Assembly: GCA_963762145.1 (NCBI GenBank) | Contig: CAVXJS010000015.1 | Coordinates: forward strand, 1 to 64,000 | DNA length: 64,000 nt | Direction: 5' to 3' | Source of the DNA: an uncultured Candidatus Rokubacteria bacterium | GTDB taxonomy: Bacteria > Methylomirabilota > Methylomirabilia > Rokubacteriales > CSP1-6 | Shown here: one piece after another, positions 10,704 through 19,205 of the stretch | How positions within the stretch are numbered: the stretch's first letter is position 1 | Layout: each line of letters opens with the position of its first letter | Position numbers and translations under genes: made by a program | The notes under the pieces: generated by a model | Databases searched by the model: none | The model's input: the letters and a program-made list of their open reading frames with translations, nothing else | What the model was told of the DNA's origin: nothing

Positions 10704-11135
10704 TCAACCGACCCGGAACTTGAAGACGTACGGGCTGTGTGAGGTACCGACGATGATCACGTCCCCGTCGTGCAGGGAGAGGGTGCCGCCTTGGGTATTG
10801 CCACCCACGGTCCGGCCTTCGACGATCGTCCCGCAGGTACTCGCGCGATCCACGAGGACATACTCGGCCTCACCGTGGTCGATCTCGAAGTGCTCCCGAC
10901 TCACGTTCAGCGGCTCGACATGCTCGGCCAAGTACAGGTCGTTGCTGGGCCGGGATCCGGGATCGCGGCGCTCGTTGACAACTCCGTGGGGTGTTCGCTG
11001 CATCCCACGAGACTCGCGGCCGACCCGATATGGAAATCGGGTAATCTCCCGCTCCCGGGCACCGAGGGCGATCCGCGACTCGGGGGTAAGGGCCACGAGC
11101 AGTACGCGGCCCTGTGGAGCAGGCGATTCTGTCAC
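10704..11135 (-). CDS. FHA domain protein
   Basis: VGRE...VSREH...DRASTCGT...LHDGDVIIVG FHA signature. GGAGGAG RBS. Confidence 0.85.
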   Translation of the reverse strand: MTESPAPQGRVLLVALTPESRIALGAREREITRFPYRVGRESRGMQRTPHGVVNERRDPGSRPSNDLYLAEHVEPLNVSREHFEIDHGEAEYVLVDRASTCGTIVEGRTVGGNTQGGTLSLHDGDVIIVGTSHSPYVFKFRVG

Positions 11136-11544
11136 TGGTCTCCTCCCACCATGACCTGGAGTGCTGACGGCGTCGCCTCAGAGTATGCGGGGCCAGGTTC
11201 CGTCCGGGCAAGTGCGCCTGCGGGGATCCCAGGCACGAGGCTTGCCGTTACTCGCTACCCGCGGACCCCAGATGGACCAGGTCGGGGATCTGTTGCGAGC
11301 CGACCTCAACCACACCGTCGACAGAATCCGCCATCTGGGCGGCGGGGTCGTATTCCACGAGTTTCCCGATGCCGGGGGTGAACCCGCCGGCCCTGGCGAC
11401 GAGGGAGAGCTCAGCTCACTCCGTGAAGAGCGCGAGCGAAGCTTCGGCACCTGGCGCGGCAGCGAGCAGTCCCCGAAGCTAGCGCCTGTACCCTCTGTCG
11501 AGACCGTCAGGAGCGCGGGATCTCCTAGGTCCAGTCCTTCCAGC

Positions 11545-11907
11545 CTAGCGGCAGAGCTCCAGGGGCTGGCCCGCCTCGGCTGCGCGGTACTGCTCGACGG
11601 AGACCCGGTGCCAGGTGCCCGTGGTGTCTTGCACCCAGTAGTCGCGGACGATCTCGGGCCGGCGGGCCTCCTGGAGCTGGCCCGTCTCGCTCGTGAAGCC
11701 TCGCGGAGCCGTCTCGAGGCGCCCACGTTCTTCCTTCTGCGCCACCGTGATCGAGGGCTGCTGGCAGGAGAGACCGGCGCACCCGGAGAGGGCAAGGCCG
11801 ATGGCACCCGCCGCGATCCGAAGCGCGAGTCCACGCCAGCGGCTGCTTTTGGGCAGTCCGGGTGTCAATCGATGGACAACCGCGCGGGCACTGGCACCGT
11901 TTCCCAT
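11545..11907 (-). CDS. Hypothetical lipoprotein
   Basis: Hydrophobic segment ending in LSGC lipobox, then a short beta-rich domain. Confidence 0.6.
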   Translation of the reverse strand: MGNGASARAVVHRLTPGLPKSSRWRGLALRIAAGAIGLALSGCAGLSCQQPSITVAQKEERGRLETAPRGFTSETGQLQEARRPEIVRDYWVQDTTGTWHRVSVEQYRAAEAGQPLELCR

Positions 11908-11971
11908 CCCTCAAGACCCCTAACTGGCCGATTTATCAGCCCACTCGTTGCTCGGCCCTGGCTGGCCGACC

Positions 11972-11986
11972 TGGCACAAGGGTTGC
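11972..11986 (+). promoter_or_regulatory. Sigma54 (-24/-12) promoter
   Basis: TGGCAC-AAGGG-TTGC, exact consensus, about 25 nt upstream of the riboswitch. Confidence 0.7.
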
Positions 11987-12010
11987 CCTTTTAAGCCTAC
12001 CAGAGCGGCA

Positions 12011-12106
12011 GACCTTCTCGACAAGGGCAAACCCATCGTGAGGTGGGGACGCAAAACCACGGATCAGGCCGTAGATGCCTGACAGCCGGGTTACCGAAGG
12101 AAGGGT
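12011..12106 (+). ncRNA. Cyclic di-GMP-I (GEMM-I) riboswitch
   Basis: GACAAGGGCAAACCCATC-GTGA-GGTGGGGACGCAAAACCACGG...GACAGCCGGGTTACCGAA. It has the GGCAAA, GNRA tetraloop, GACGCAAA and GGGTTACCGA hallmarks and a P1 of CCTTCTCG/CGAAGG. Confidence 0.9.
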
Positions 12107-12137
12107 TCTGGAGGTCTCCCGCAAAAGGAGACCTGTC

Positions 12138-12482
12138 ATGATGTCCCTGCGCAAGACCGCCCTTGCCTGCACGCTCATCCTCGCCGCCACCGGCTGCACC
12201 TCCGTCGGCTTCTCCGGCGAAGATGTTCGCCTCCACGCCAAGGGTGACACCCTCTACGTGATGGCCCGCAGCGGAAATGTGGGCCGGAACCTCTGTGCCT
12301 CCCTGGGCGGCGATGTCGCACGCGCCGAGGGCCGGTGGGCCGCCGACGAGGGGCGCACGATTCAATCGGGCCGGGTGGCCGGATGTCACACGGTCCGCCA
12401 CATCATCGTGTGCTCGGATGAGGATACCGCCTGCGTGGCGCACGAGGAGCGACACCGGACGGAAGGCGCCTTCCACCGCTAG
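12138..12482 (+). CDS. Small Cys-containing lipoprotein with a C-terminal HExxH motif, riboswitch-controlled
   Basis: AAGGAG RBS, ATGC lipobox-like site, CVAHEERH. Confidence 0.75.
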   Translation: MMSLRKTALACTLILAATGCTSVGFSGEDVRLHAKGDTLYVMARSGNVGRNLCASLGGDVARAEGRWAADEGRTIQSGRVAGCHTVRHIIVCSDEDTACVAHEERHRTEGAFHR

Positions 12483-12491
12483 CCGCCGCGC

Positions 12492-12521
12492 TTGACAAGG
12501 GGATTCTCTGCACCCTAGAGT
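12492..12521 (+). promoter_or_regulatory. Sigma70-type promoter
   Basis: TTGACA-18 bp-TAGAGT upstream of 12586. Confidence 0.55.
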
Positions 12522-12585
12522 GTCCCAGCTTCCCGACCTTCCAACGTTCGCGCGCAACGACCGCGGTTCCGAAGGGGGCCCAGGC

Positions 12586-12873
12586 ATGACGCACCGGATG
12601 TTCATCGTGGCGCGGGGCGACGACCACCTGTATGAAGACCTCCGGCAGCAGTTCACCGAGAACCCGGATGTGGAGGTGCTCGTCGACCGACGGCATGGTG
12701 AGCGACGGCGGAGCCAGACCCCGTCCGATCCGGATCGCCGGCGCGGCGACCGGCGCGGTCGGGGCTTGGCTGGCGACCACGTCATCAGCGCCGGCGCGGT
12801 ACCCGGGCTTCCCGTCCTGATCGTCGAGCTGGAGCGCACCCCCGCGCGACAGGCGCTGCCGGCCGAACACTAG
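12586..12873 (+). CDS. Small hypothetical protein with Arg-rich DRR/ERR repeats
   Basis: MTHRMFIVARGDDHLYEDLRQQF...VDRRHGERRR...DRRRGDRR. Confidence 0.7.
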   Translation: MTHRMFIVARGDDHLYEDLRQQFTENPDVEVLVDRRHGERRRSQTPSDPDRRRGDRRGRGLAGDHVISAGAVPGLPVLIVELERTPARQALPAEH

Positions 12874-12920
12874 GGCTGGTAGCCGGCGCCGTGTATCATA
12901 GGCGCCAAGGGAGCCAGCGA

Positions 12921-13874
12921 GTGCAAGGCCGATACGGTTACCGATGTCTACTTGTGGCCCTCGGGCTGGCGGCCGCGGTCCTCCCGGGATGCGCGACGAC
13001 CGCCACCACCCAGGCCGACTGCTACCCCTACATCTTTCTGGATTCCCGGTACGCGATCCAGGCCACCTCGCGCGACTCGGGAGCGACACGGTCGAATGGC
13101 AACTGCTATCACTTCGCCTACCAGAACAGCCGGCTCGTTCGCGTGGACTACCGCCGGGACGGTGCGCTGACGCCGGACCCGACGTCGGGCGTTGCCAGCA
13201 TTCACATCGAGTATCTGGACGGGGCCGAGAAGCGGGCCTTCCTCGATGCGGCTGGCAAACCGGTCGCCAATCACATGGGCCTTTCAGCCGTCCTGCTCCG
13301 GTACGACAGCAAGGGCACTCCGATCGAATGGCGGAACCTCGGGCCTGGCGATCGCCTCAAGGAAGCAACTGACTCGGGGTTGGCCATGTTCCGTTGGACG
13401 TACGATCCGCACGGGCAGGCGGTCGAGGTGCAGCACTTCGGCGCGAACGGGCAGCTCAAGGCGGACCGGCGGCTGGGTGTGAGCATCGTCCGCTGGGAGT
13501 ATGACCGCGACGGCAACACCATCGCCGAGAGCTACTTCGGACCGGACGGACGTCCGACCGTGGATTGGCTGCGGGGGGTGGCGGCGGTCCGATGGCGGTA
13601 CGGCTCGAACGGAAAGACGGTCGAAGAAAGCTACCTCGGTCCGGACGGGCAGCTCCGAGAGGACCGCAACCGAGGCGTGGCGATCGTGCGCTGGCAGTAC
13701 GACGACAACCGGAACACGCTCGAGGAACGTTACCTGGGCACCGACCAGCGCCTGAAGGCCGACCGGCGCCAAGGGGTAGCCATCATCCGGTGGCAATACG
13801 ACGCCCAGGGACGCGAGATCGACACGCTGACGTTCGACCGCAACGAGCTTCCGGTCTCGAAGTCTCACCGGTAG
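12921..13874 (+). CDS. Lipoprotein with about 6 tandem 33-aa YD-like beta repeats
   Basis: LPGC lipobox. Repeats GVxxxRWxYDxxGxxxExxYxGxDGxLxxDRxx. Start uncertain (12891 or 12921). Confidence 0.8.
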   Translation: MQGRYGYRCLLVALGLAAAVLPGCATTATTQADCYPYIFLDSRYAIQATSRDSGATRSNGNCYHFAYQNSRLVRVDYRRDGALTPDPTSGVASIHIEYLDGAEKRAFLDAAGKPVANHMGLSAVLLRYDSKGTPIEWRNLGPGDRLKEATDSGLAMFRWTYDPHGQAVEVQHFGANGQLKADRRLGVSIVRWEYDRDGNTIAESYFGPDGRPTVDWLRGVAAVRWRYGSNGKTVEESYLGPDGQLREDRNRGVAIVRWQYDDNRNTLEERYLGTDQRLKADRRQGVAIIRWQYDAQGREIDTLTFDRNELPVSKSHR

Positions 13875-13882
13875 TCCGCCCG

Positions 13883-14445
13883 TCAGAGCGGCGTCACGTC
13901 CTCAGCGTCGATCTCGACCGAAACCGACTGCCGGATCAAGGTCACGGACAGGACGACCCGAAACTCACGATCCTTTCGCAGCAGCCGTCCGCGGACTCCC
14001 GTGAGCGCCCCCCGGATCACTTCGACCATCATCCCCTCGGTGAGAAACGGGAAGGGCTCGTAGCTGAGGCGGCTGCCGGCTAGGGTGCGGATGGCCTCGA
14101 TCTCGCGGTCTGGAATCTGCTCCGGTTCTCCGCTCTGGCCGACCAGCCCCACCACGCCCACGGCCTTGAGCACCCGCAGCCGATCCAGGCGGCGGAAGCG
14201 GGCGAAGCAGTAGCCAGGGAACAGCGGTTCCTGGACCCGCTTGATCCGATCTTTCCATCGGCTGCGTCGCTCCTGGGGGGCAGGAACGCGTCGATCCCGG
14301 GCCGGTCGACAAGCTGCGCGTGCACTTTCTTCTCTTGTCGTGAGCGAGTTCGCACCGCGTACCAACGCGGCACGAGTCCGGCATCCTCGGCCCCGCCTGG
14401 TTGTTGCTCGGCGGGCGCGTGGCGGCTGTCGCCGCCGCGGCTCAC
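13883..14445 (-). CDS. UpxY/NusG-paralog transcription antiterminator (frameshift ~14275)
   Basis: WYAVRTRSRQEKKV, then RWKDRIKRVQEPLFPGYCF and a KOW domain GMMVEVIRGALTGVRG. The shift is in a G6 run. Confidence 0.85.
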
Positions 14446-15080
14446 TTCTGTGGCTCGGCGATGAACGAGGTGCCCGTTCGGGTGGTGTTGAACCGGATCA
14501 GGTAGCCGACAGACGCCCCGCACCGATCCAGCGTCCAGCGTTCCACCCACCGTCCGGCGACGGGCCGGTCGCCCTCGACCTGGCCCCCCTCCAGCGGCTC
14601 AAGGACCGTCGTCGCGACGACCTTGCGAATCCGACAGCGCGCCTCCAGGCCGGCCTCGGCCAGGTCCCGCTGAGTCAGGAAGGCAAGTGTGTCACGCTGG
14701 AGGATGGGGTCCGCGATGGTATCGCCGGGCACCCTCGTGGCTTCTGCCTCGGAGACCTCGCGCTGCATGCTCACGTCGAGGTCCCCGTCCGGGGCCCGGT
14801 CGAACTTCACCACGTACGGCACCGCCACCCCACAGCGATCCACCGTCCAGCGCTCTGTCCAGCGGCCAGATACGCCCTGAGCGGCGAGCTCGACGGGGAT
14901 CAGCACCTCCGTGGTGCTCACGCTGCGGCTCCGACAGCGCGGATCGCCGCCCATCTTCTCGGACGCGTCCAGGGCCAGGAGCAGGTCCGACAGGGTTGAC
15001 GGCGGCCGGCCGGTCTGCGCCGGGCCGGTGGCGCAGCCGCCGAGCAGCGCCATGAGCACGACGGCAAGCAGAAGCCGCAC
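14442..15080 (-). CDS. Lipoprotein with two internally repeated domains
   Basis: LGGC lipobox. Duplicated unit RC..R.V..T.VL.P...GRW.ERWT.DRCG..V.Y...F. Confidence 0.75.
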   Translation of the reverse strand: MRLLLAVVLMALLGGCATGPAQTGRPPSTLSDLLLALDASEKMGGDPRCRSRSVSTTEVLIPVELAAQGVSGRWTERWTVDRCGVAVPYVVKFDRAPDGDLDVSMQREVSEAEATRVPGDTIADPILQRDTLAFLTQRDLAEAGLEARCRIRKVVATTVLEPLEGGQVEGDRPVAGRWVERWTLDRCGASVGYLIRFNTTRTGTSFIAEPQK

Positions 15081-15083
15081 CGA

Positions 15084-15653
15084 CTACTGCCTCCAGACGC
15101 CCTGGGAGCTGCCCTCGATGAAGCCGAACTCAGGCTCGACCGCCATCATGCTCTTCTGGCCGTCCGTGAAGACCCAGATGATCGTGCCCCTCGCCGCCGC
15201 CACGGCCGTCGGCGTGGAGATGGCGAAGTTCGACTGGCGGACCCTGGCCAGGGTGACGGCGGCCTGGGCGACCGTCGCGCGCACCTTACCCACGACCAGA
15301 TGCAGGAGCATCAGCCGGCTCTGGCTCTGCGGATCATACTCCATCTTGGTGAGGATCAGGCGGCTGTTCTCGGTCACCACGACCGTGCTCGAGTCGGGCA
15401 GCGTCAGCTCGGCCGACGCCCCCGCGTACGCTCTGACATCGTCGCCCTCAGCCAGTTGGGCTCCGACCACCGCCGGGACCCACTGGGTCTGACCCTTGGC
15501 GAGAACCTCTACGCGCCCGACGACACGCTTGAGCTCGGCACTCGGCGCGCTCTGTTGCGCAGCCACGAACCCCGGCGTCGTCAGGAGGAGGAGACCGCCG
15601 ACAACGGATACGCCCGCGAGCCGGAAGGACCTGCGTCGCAGCAATGCTCGCAT
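15084..15653 (-). CDS. FecR-domain secreted protein, short or possibly truncated
   Basis: GDDVRA..GASAELTLPDSS....ENS, FAISTPTAVAAARGT. Confidence 0.75.
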   Translation of the reverse strand: MRALLRRRSFRLAGVSVVGGLLLLTTPGFVAAQQSAPSAELKRVVGRVEVLAKGQTQWVPAVVGAQLAEGDDVRAYAGASAELTLPDSSTVVVTENSRLILTKMEYDPQSQSRLMLLHLVVGKVRATVAQAAVTLARVRQSNFAISTPTAVAAARGTIIWVFTDGQKSMMAVEPEFGFIEGSSQGVWRQ

Positions 15654-15731
15654 ATCTGGGTCTCCCTGGCGTGCTACCAAGGTCCGACAGCTTCGAACCG
15701 GCGCCGAAATGCGCCTAATCGTAACACATGC

Positions 15732-16568
15732 TCAGACGTCGAAGGTCGCGCCTTCAGTACCCGCGACGAGCCCGAAGGACAGAGGGCCAGTCGCCCGGAC
15801 CGCCGCGTCGATGCGGTCGAGCATGGCATCGTCGTGAGTCGGGTCGTGGTGGAACGGCACGAGTCGCCCTGCCCCGGCCAGCGTGGCGAACGCGACCGCA
15901 TCCCCCATCGCGCTGTGCCCCCATCCAACCCGGTCCTGGTACTCCTCGGTCGTGTACTGCGCGTCGTGGATGAGCAGGTCCACACCGGCGGCCAGGTCGA
16001 ACCCGGACGTCCACCCCGGCTCCCCCGGGAACTCCCGAACCCCGAGGGCGGGCTCGTGGTCCGGCAGATAGGCGACCGCGCGGGGCCCTTCGGAGATCCG
16101 GTAGCCCACCGTCGAGCCCGGATGACAGACAAGCTCGGCCTCGACCTCGAGCCTCCCGAGCTCGAAGCGCTCGGGAGGAACATTGTGCAAGGTCAAGTGG
16201 CATGGCAGATCGCGCAGCCGGATCGGAAAGAGCGGCGGCGACAGGTACCGGGCCAGGCGGGTGCGCAGGTCGAGGGTGGGGGATGGGGGCCCCCAGACAT
16301 GAATCTCGCGGCCCGGCTCGTAGAGGGGCTCGAAGAAGCCGAGGCCCTGGATGTGGTCCATATGCAGATGAGTCAGCAGCAGGTCAATGCGCCCTCCCCC
16401 GCCCCGCACTGCCGCCCCCAGCCGCTGGATCCCGGTGCCCGCGTCCAGGACCAGGAGCGCATCGTCCTTGCCCCGCACCTCGACGCAGGACGTGTTGCCA
16501 CCGTAACGGATCGTCTCGGGCCCCGGGGCGGCGAGTGAGCCTCGAGTCCCCCACAGCGTGACCCTCAC
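15732..16568 (-). CDS. MBL-fold metallo-hydrolase, stand-alone paralog of 2344-3666
   Basis: WGTRGS, GGNTSC, THLHMDH, HDAQY, WGHS, HHDP. The GTG overlaps the upstream TGA (GTGA). Confidence 0.9.
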   Translation of the reverse strand: MRVTLWGTRGSLAAPGPETIRYGGNTSCVEVRGKDDALLVLDAGTGIQRLGAAVRGGGGRIDLLLTHLHMDHIQGLGFFEPLYEPGREIHVWGPPSPTLDLRTRLARYLSPPLFPIRLRDLPCHLTLHNVPPERFELGRLEVEAELVCHPGSTVGYRISEGPRAVAYLPDHEPALGVREFPGEPGWTSGFDLAAGVDLLIHDAQYTTEEYQDRVGWGHSAMGDAVAFATLAGAGRLVPFHHDPTHDDAMLDRIDAAVRATGPLSFGLVAGTEGATFDV

Positions 16569-16960
16569 GTCAGGCGTTCCTCCCAGAAGATACCCACGGC
16601 GCCCAGCCGCCGACCGCCCTGCCCGTCGAGGGGAAATGCGGTGGCCCCAATCTTTCTCGAGACCCCATCGAGGCCTCGGATCCAGAACGCCAGATGGGCG
16701 GCCCGATGCTTGTGCAGCGCGATGCTGAGCGGGAGGGCCTCCCCCGGCAAGGGGGAGCCATCCTCCCCGATCGCGGCGAAGAGGCTGGACCACTCCCCTA
16801 CCGACATCTCCCCCGTTTCATCGTACCGACTGCCCAGCAGCTGCTCGGCGGGCTCGTTATAGAAGACGAGATTTCCGGCCGGATCCACGAGGAAGATCGG
16901 CATCGCGAGGGAGCTCGCGAGTTGGCGCATCAGGATGAGCTCGACCGCCTTCTGGGACAT
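16565..16960 (-). CDS. Stand-alone PAS domain protein
   Basis: MPIFLVDPAGNLVFYNEPAEQLLG, with C-terminal PLDGQGGRRLGAVGIF. Confidence 0.8.
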   Translation of the reverse strand: MSQKAVELILMRQLASSLAMPIFLVDPAGNLVFYNEPAEQLLGSRYDETGEMSVGEWSSLFAAIGEDGSPLPGEALPLSIALHKHRAAHLAFWIRGLDGVSRKIGATAFPLDGQGGRRLGAVGIFWEERLT

Positions 16961-16999
16961 GCAATCCCCCATTCAGGTTCGCTGGGTCCGAGCGCCAGA

Positions 17000-17015
17000 T
17001 GCAATCCCAGGGCCA
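17000..17015 (-). promoter_or_regulatory. Sigma54-like promoter for the PAS-MBL genes
   Basis: Minus strand TGGCCC-TGGGA-TTGCA, about 40 nt upstream of the ATG at 16960. Confidence 0.55.
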
Positions 17016-17147
17016 TGAGGCTCCACGCGGCAGAGTCGAATTAACTCACGGGGTAACGATGACCGCTGGGCTGGACGGGACATCGCGAGCGCTCGATGCC
17101 AGGCAGCCCGCCCGGCGCGGCGCTGAGACAAAATGCCACGCGCCCCG

Positions 17148-18689
17148 TCACTGCCGCAGCTTGAAGCGCTGGATCTTGCCCGTCGCGGTCTTGGGCAGCT
17201 CGGTGACGAACTCGATCCAGCGCGGATACTTGTAGGGCGCGATCTTGTCCTTCACGAAGGTCTTGAGCTCGGCCTCGAGGGTCGCGGAAGCCGCGTGGCC
17301 GTCCTTCAGCACCACGTAGGCCTTGGGCTTGATCAGCTCGTCGGTATCCGCCTGGCCCACCACCGCGGTCTCCAGGATGGCGGGATGGCTCATCAGGGTG
17401 TTCTCCACCTCGACCGGCGAGACCCAGATACCGCCGACCTTGAGCATGTCGTCGGCGCGCCCGCAGTACCAGAAGTAGCCGTCCGGGTCCTGATAGTACT
17501 TGTCCCCGGTCTGCATCCACTGGCCGAGCAGCGCGTCCTTCGTCTTCTCGTGCTGATTCCAGTAGTAGGCCATGATCGAATCGCCCTTGACGCGCAGGTT
17601 GCCCACCTCCCCCGCCGGTACCGGCCGGCCTTCGTCGTCCACCACCATCGCCTCGTACCCCGGGACGGTGAGACCGGTTGATCCGGGCCGGGCGAGCCCC
17701 GGGCGATTGGACAGGAAGATGTGCAGGATCTCGGTGGTGCCGATCCCGTCCAGGATCTCGACGCCGAAGCGCTCCTGCCAGCGGCGGTAGAGCTCCTCGG
17801 GCAGGGCCTCGCCCGCGGAGACACAGAAGCGGAGGCACGAGAGGTCGTAGCGCTTCTCCGCCTCCTTCACCTGCAGCATCGCGGCGTAGAGCGTGGGCAC
17901 GCCGAAGAAGAGCGTCGGGCGGTGGCGCTGGATCAGCTCGAACATCGCGTCGGGCGTCGGGCGATGCGGGTAGAGCACTCCCTGGCCGCCCACCCGGAGC
18001 GGGAAGTACCCGTTGTTGCCGAGGCCGTAGGCGAAGAAGAGCTTCGCGGCCGAGACGGTCCGATCGGCCTCGGTCATGCCGAGGACTCCGAGCGCGTAGG
18101 CGTCCGCGCACACCACCATGTCGTGCTGCAGGTGCACCGCGCCCTTGGGCCGGCCCGTGGAGCCCGATGAGTAGAGCCAGAAGGCGGCATCGTCCTTCGA
18201 GCTGTCGAAGGGCTCGAGCCGCGCGGAGGCCTTGGCCACCCAGCTCTCGAAGGCGATGTGCGTCCCGGACGCGCGCCCGGCGACGACCACGTGCCGGAGA
18301 TAGCGCGCCTTCGCGAGCGCCGGCGCCGCCTCCGCCAGCAGGGCCTCCGAGACGATCGCGACCGGCGCGCGGCTGTCGTCGAGGAAGTACAGGTAGTCGT
18401 CGGCCCGCATCATCGTGTTCGCGGGGATCGGGACCGCGCCGATCTTCATGGCGCCCCAGAAGGCGCCGAGGAACGCGGGCGAGTCGAGCAGCAGGCACAG
18501 CACCCGCTGCTCGGGGCGCACGCCCAGGTCGAGCAGCGCGTTGCCGGTCCGGTTGACCAGCTCCTGCAGACCCGCGTAGGTGATCGACCCCTCGTCGTGG
18601 AAGAAGGCCACCTTGGCCCCGCGGCCCTCCGCCACGTGACGGTCCACGAAGAACGTCGCCGCGTTGAACCGCGCGGGCACCTCGAGCAT
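17148..18689 (-). CDS. bclA: Benzoate-CoA ligase family protein
   Basis: FWLYSSGSTGRPKG, AKLFFAYGLGN, ILDGIGTTEILHIF, LPKTATGKIQR. Sits next to the box genes. Confidence 0.9.
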   Translation of the reverse strand: MLEVPARFNAATFFVDRHVAEGRGAKVAFFHDEGSITYAGLQELVNRTGNALLDLGVRPEQRVLCLLLDSPAFLGAFWGAMKIGAVPIPANTMMRADDYLYFLDDSRAPVAIVSEALLAEAAPALAKARYLRHVVVAGRASGTHIAFESWVAKASARLEPFDSSKDDAAFWLYSSGSTGRPKGAVHLQHDMVVCADAYALGVLGMTEADRTVSAAKLFFAYGLGNNGYFPLRVGGQGVLYPHRPTPDAMFELIQRHRPTLFFGVPTLYAAMLQVKEAEKRYDLSCLRFCVSAGEALPEELYRRWQERFGVEILDGIGTTEILHIFLSNRPGLARPGSTGLTVPGYEAMVVDDEGRPVPAGEVGNLRVKGDSIMAYYWNQHEKTKDALLGQWMQTGDKYYQDPDGYFWYCGRADDMLKVGGIWVSPVEVENTLMSHPAILETAVVGQADTDELIKPKAYVVLKDGHAASATLEAELKTFVKDKIAPYKYPRWIEFVTELPKTATGKIQRFKLRQ

Positions 18690-19192
18690 CAGCGCTTCCG
18701 CGACGCCTTCCGCCGGGCCGGCGTCTTCCGCGCGGCCTTGGGGCGAGCCGCGGGCCGCTTCGCCGCGGCGGCAACCGCCGCGGGCTTGACCGCCATCGCC
18801 TCGACCTCGACCAGCAGCTCGGGCAGCACGAGCCGGCTCACCACGAGCAGGGTATTGGGCGGGTAGGCGCCGTCCGGAAAGTACTTCGGGAAGACCTCGG
18901 CCCGCGCCGCCATGAAGCCCGGAATGTCCTCGGCGTGGGTCAGGAATGTCTGCAGGCGCACGATCTGCTGCATCGTGCAGCCGGCGGCTTCGACGATGGC
19001 GCGCACGTTCTCGAGCGCCTGCTTCGTCTGCGCGCCCACGTCGCCGACCGCAACCGTGCGACCCTCGTCCATCCCGACCTGCCCCGCGACCACGACGATC
19101 TCGCCGCCGGGGGCGACCATGCCGTGCGAGTACATCCCGAGAGGGGGACCGAAGCGCTTGGGTGTGACGGGCGTGGGTCTGGTGGGGGCCAT
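18689..19192 (-). CDS. RidA/YjgF family protein with a basic C-terminal tail
   Basis: YSHG...AGQVG...QALEN...YPPNTLLVVSRL..LVEVEA. Confidence 0.85.
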   Translation of the reverse strand: MAPTRPTPVTPKRFGPPLGMYSHGMVAPGGEIVVVAGQVGMDEGRTVAVGDVGAQTKQALENVRAIVEAAGCTMQQIVRLQTFLTHAEDIPGFMAARAEVFPKYFPDGAYPPNTLLVVSRLVLPELLVEVEAMAVKPAAVAAAAKRPAARPKAARKTPARRKASRKR

Positions 19193-19205
19193 GGCGCCTC
19201 CTCCG

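Noticed and set aside
11231-11245. Sigma54-like AGGCAC-N5-TTGC
   Set aside because: No credible + strand gene lies downstream.
11248-11415. Coding-like minus-strand stretch (GFTPGIGKLVEYDPAAQ...)
   Set aside because: No start or recognisable family. At most a fragment.
12011-12106. cGAMP-sensing GEMM-Ib riboswitch variant
   Set aside because: The position equivalent to Vc2 G20 is G (ACAAGGGCAAA), not A, so c-di-GMP is the more likely ligand.
12921-13874. RHS polymorphic toxin
   Set aside because: No RHS core (DPxG), toxin tip or immunity gene.
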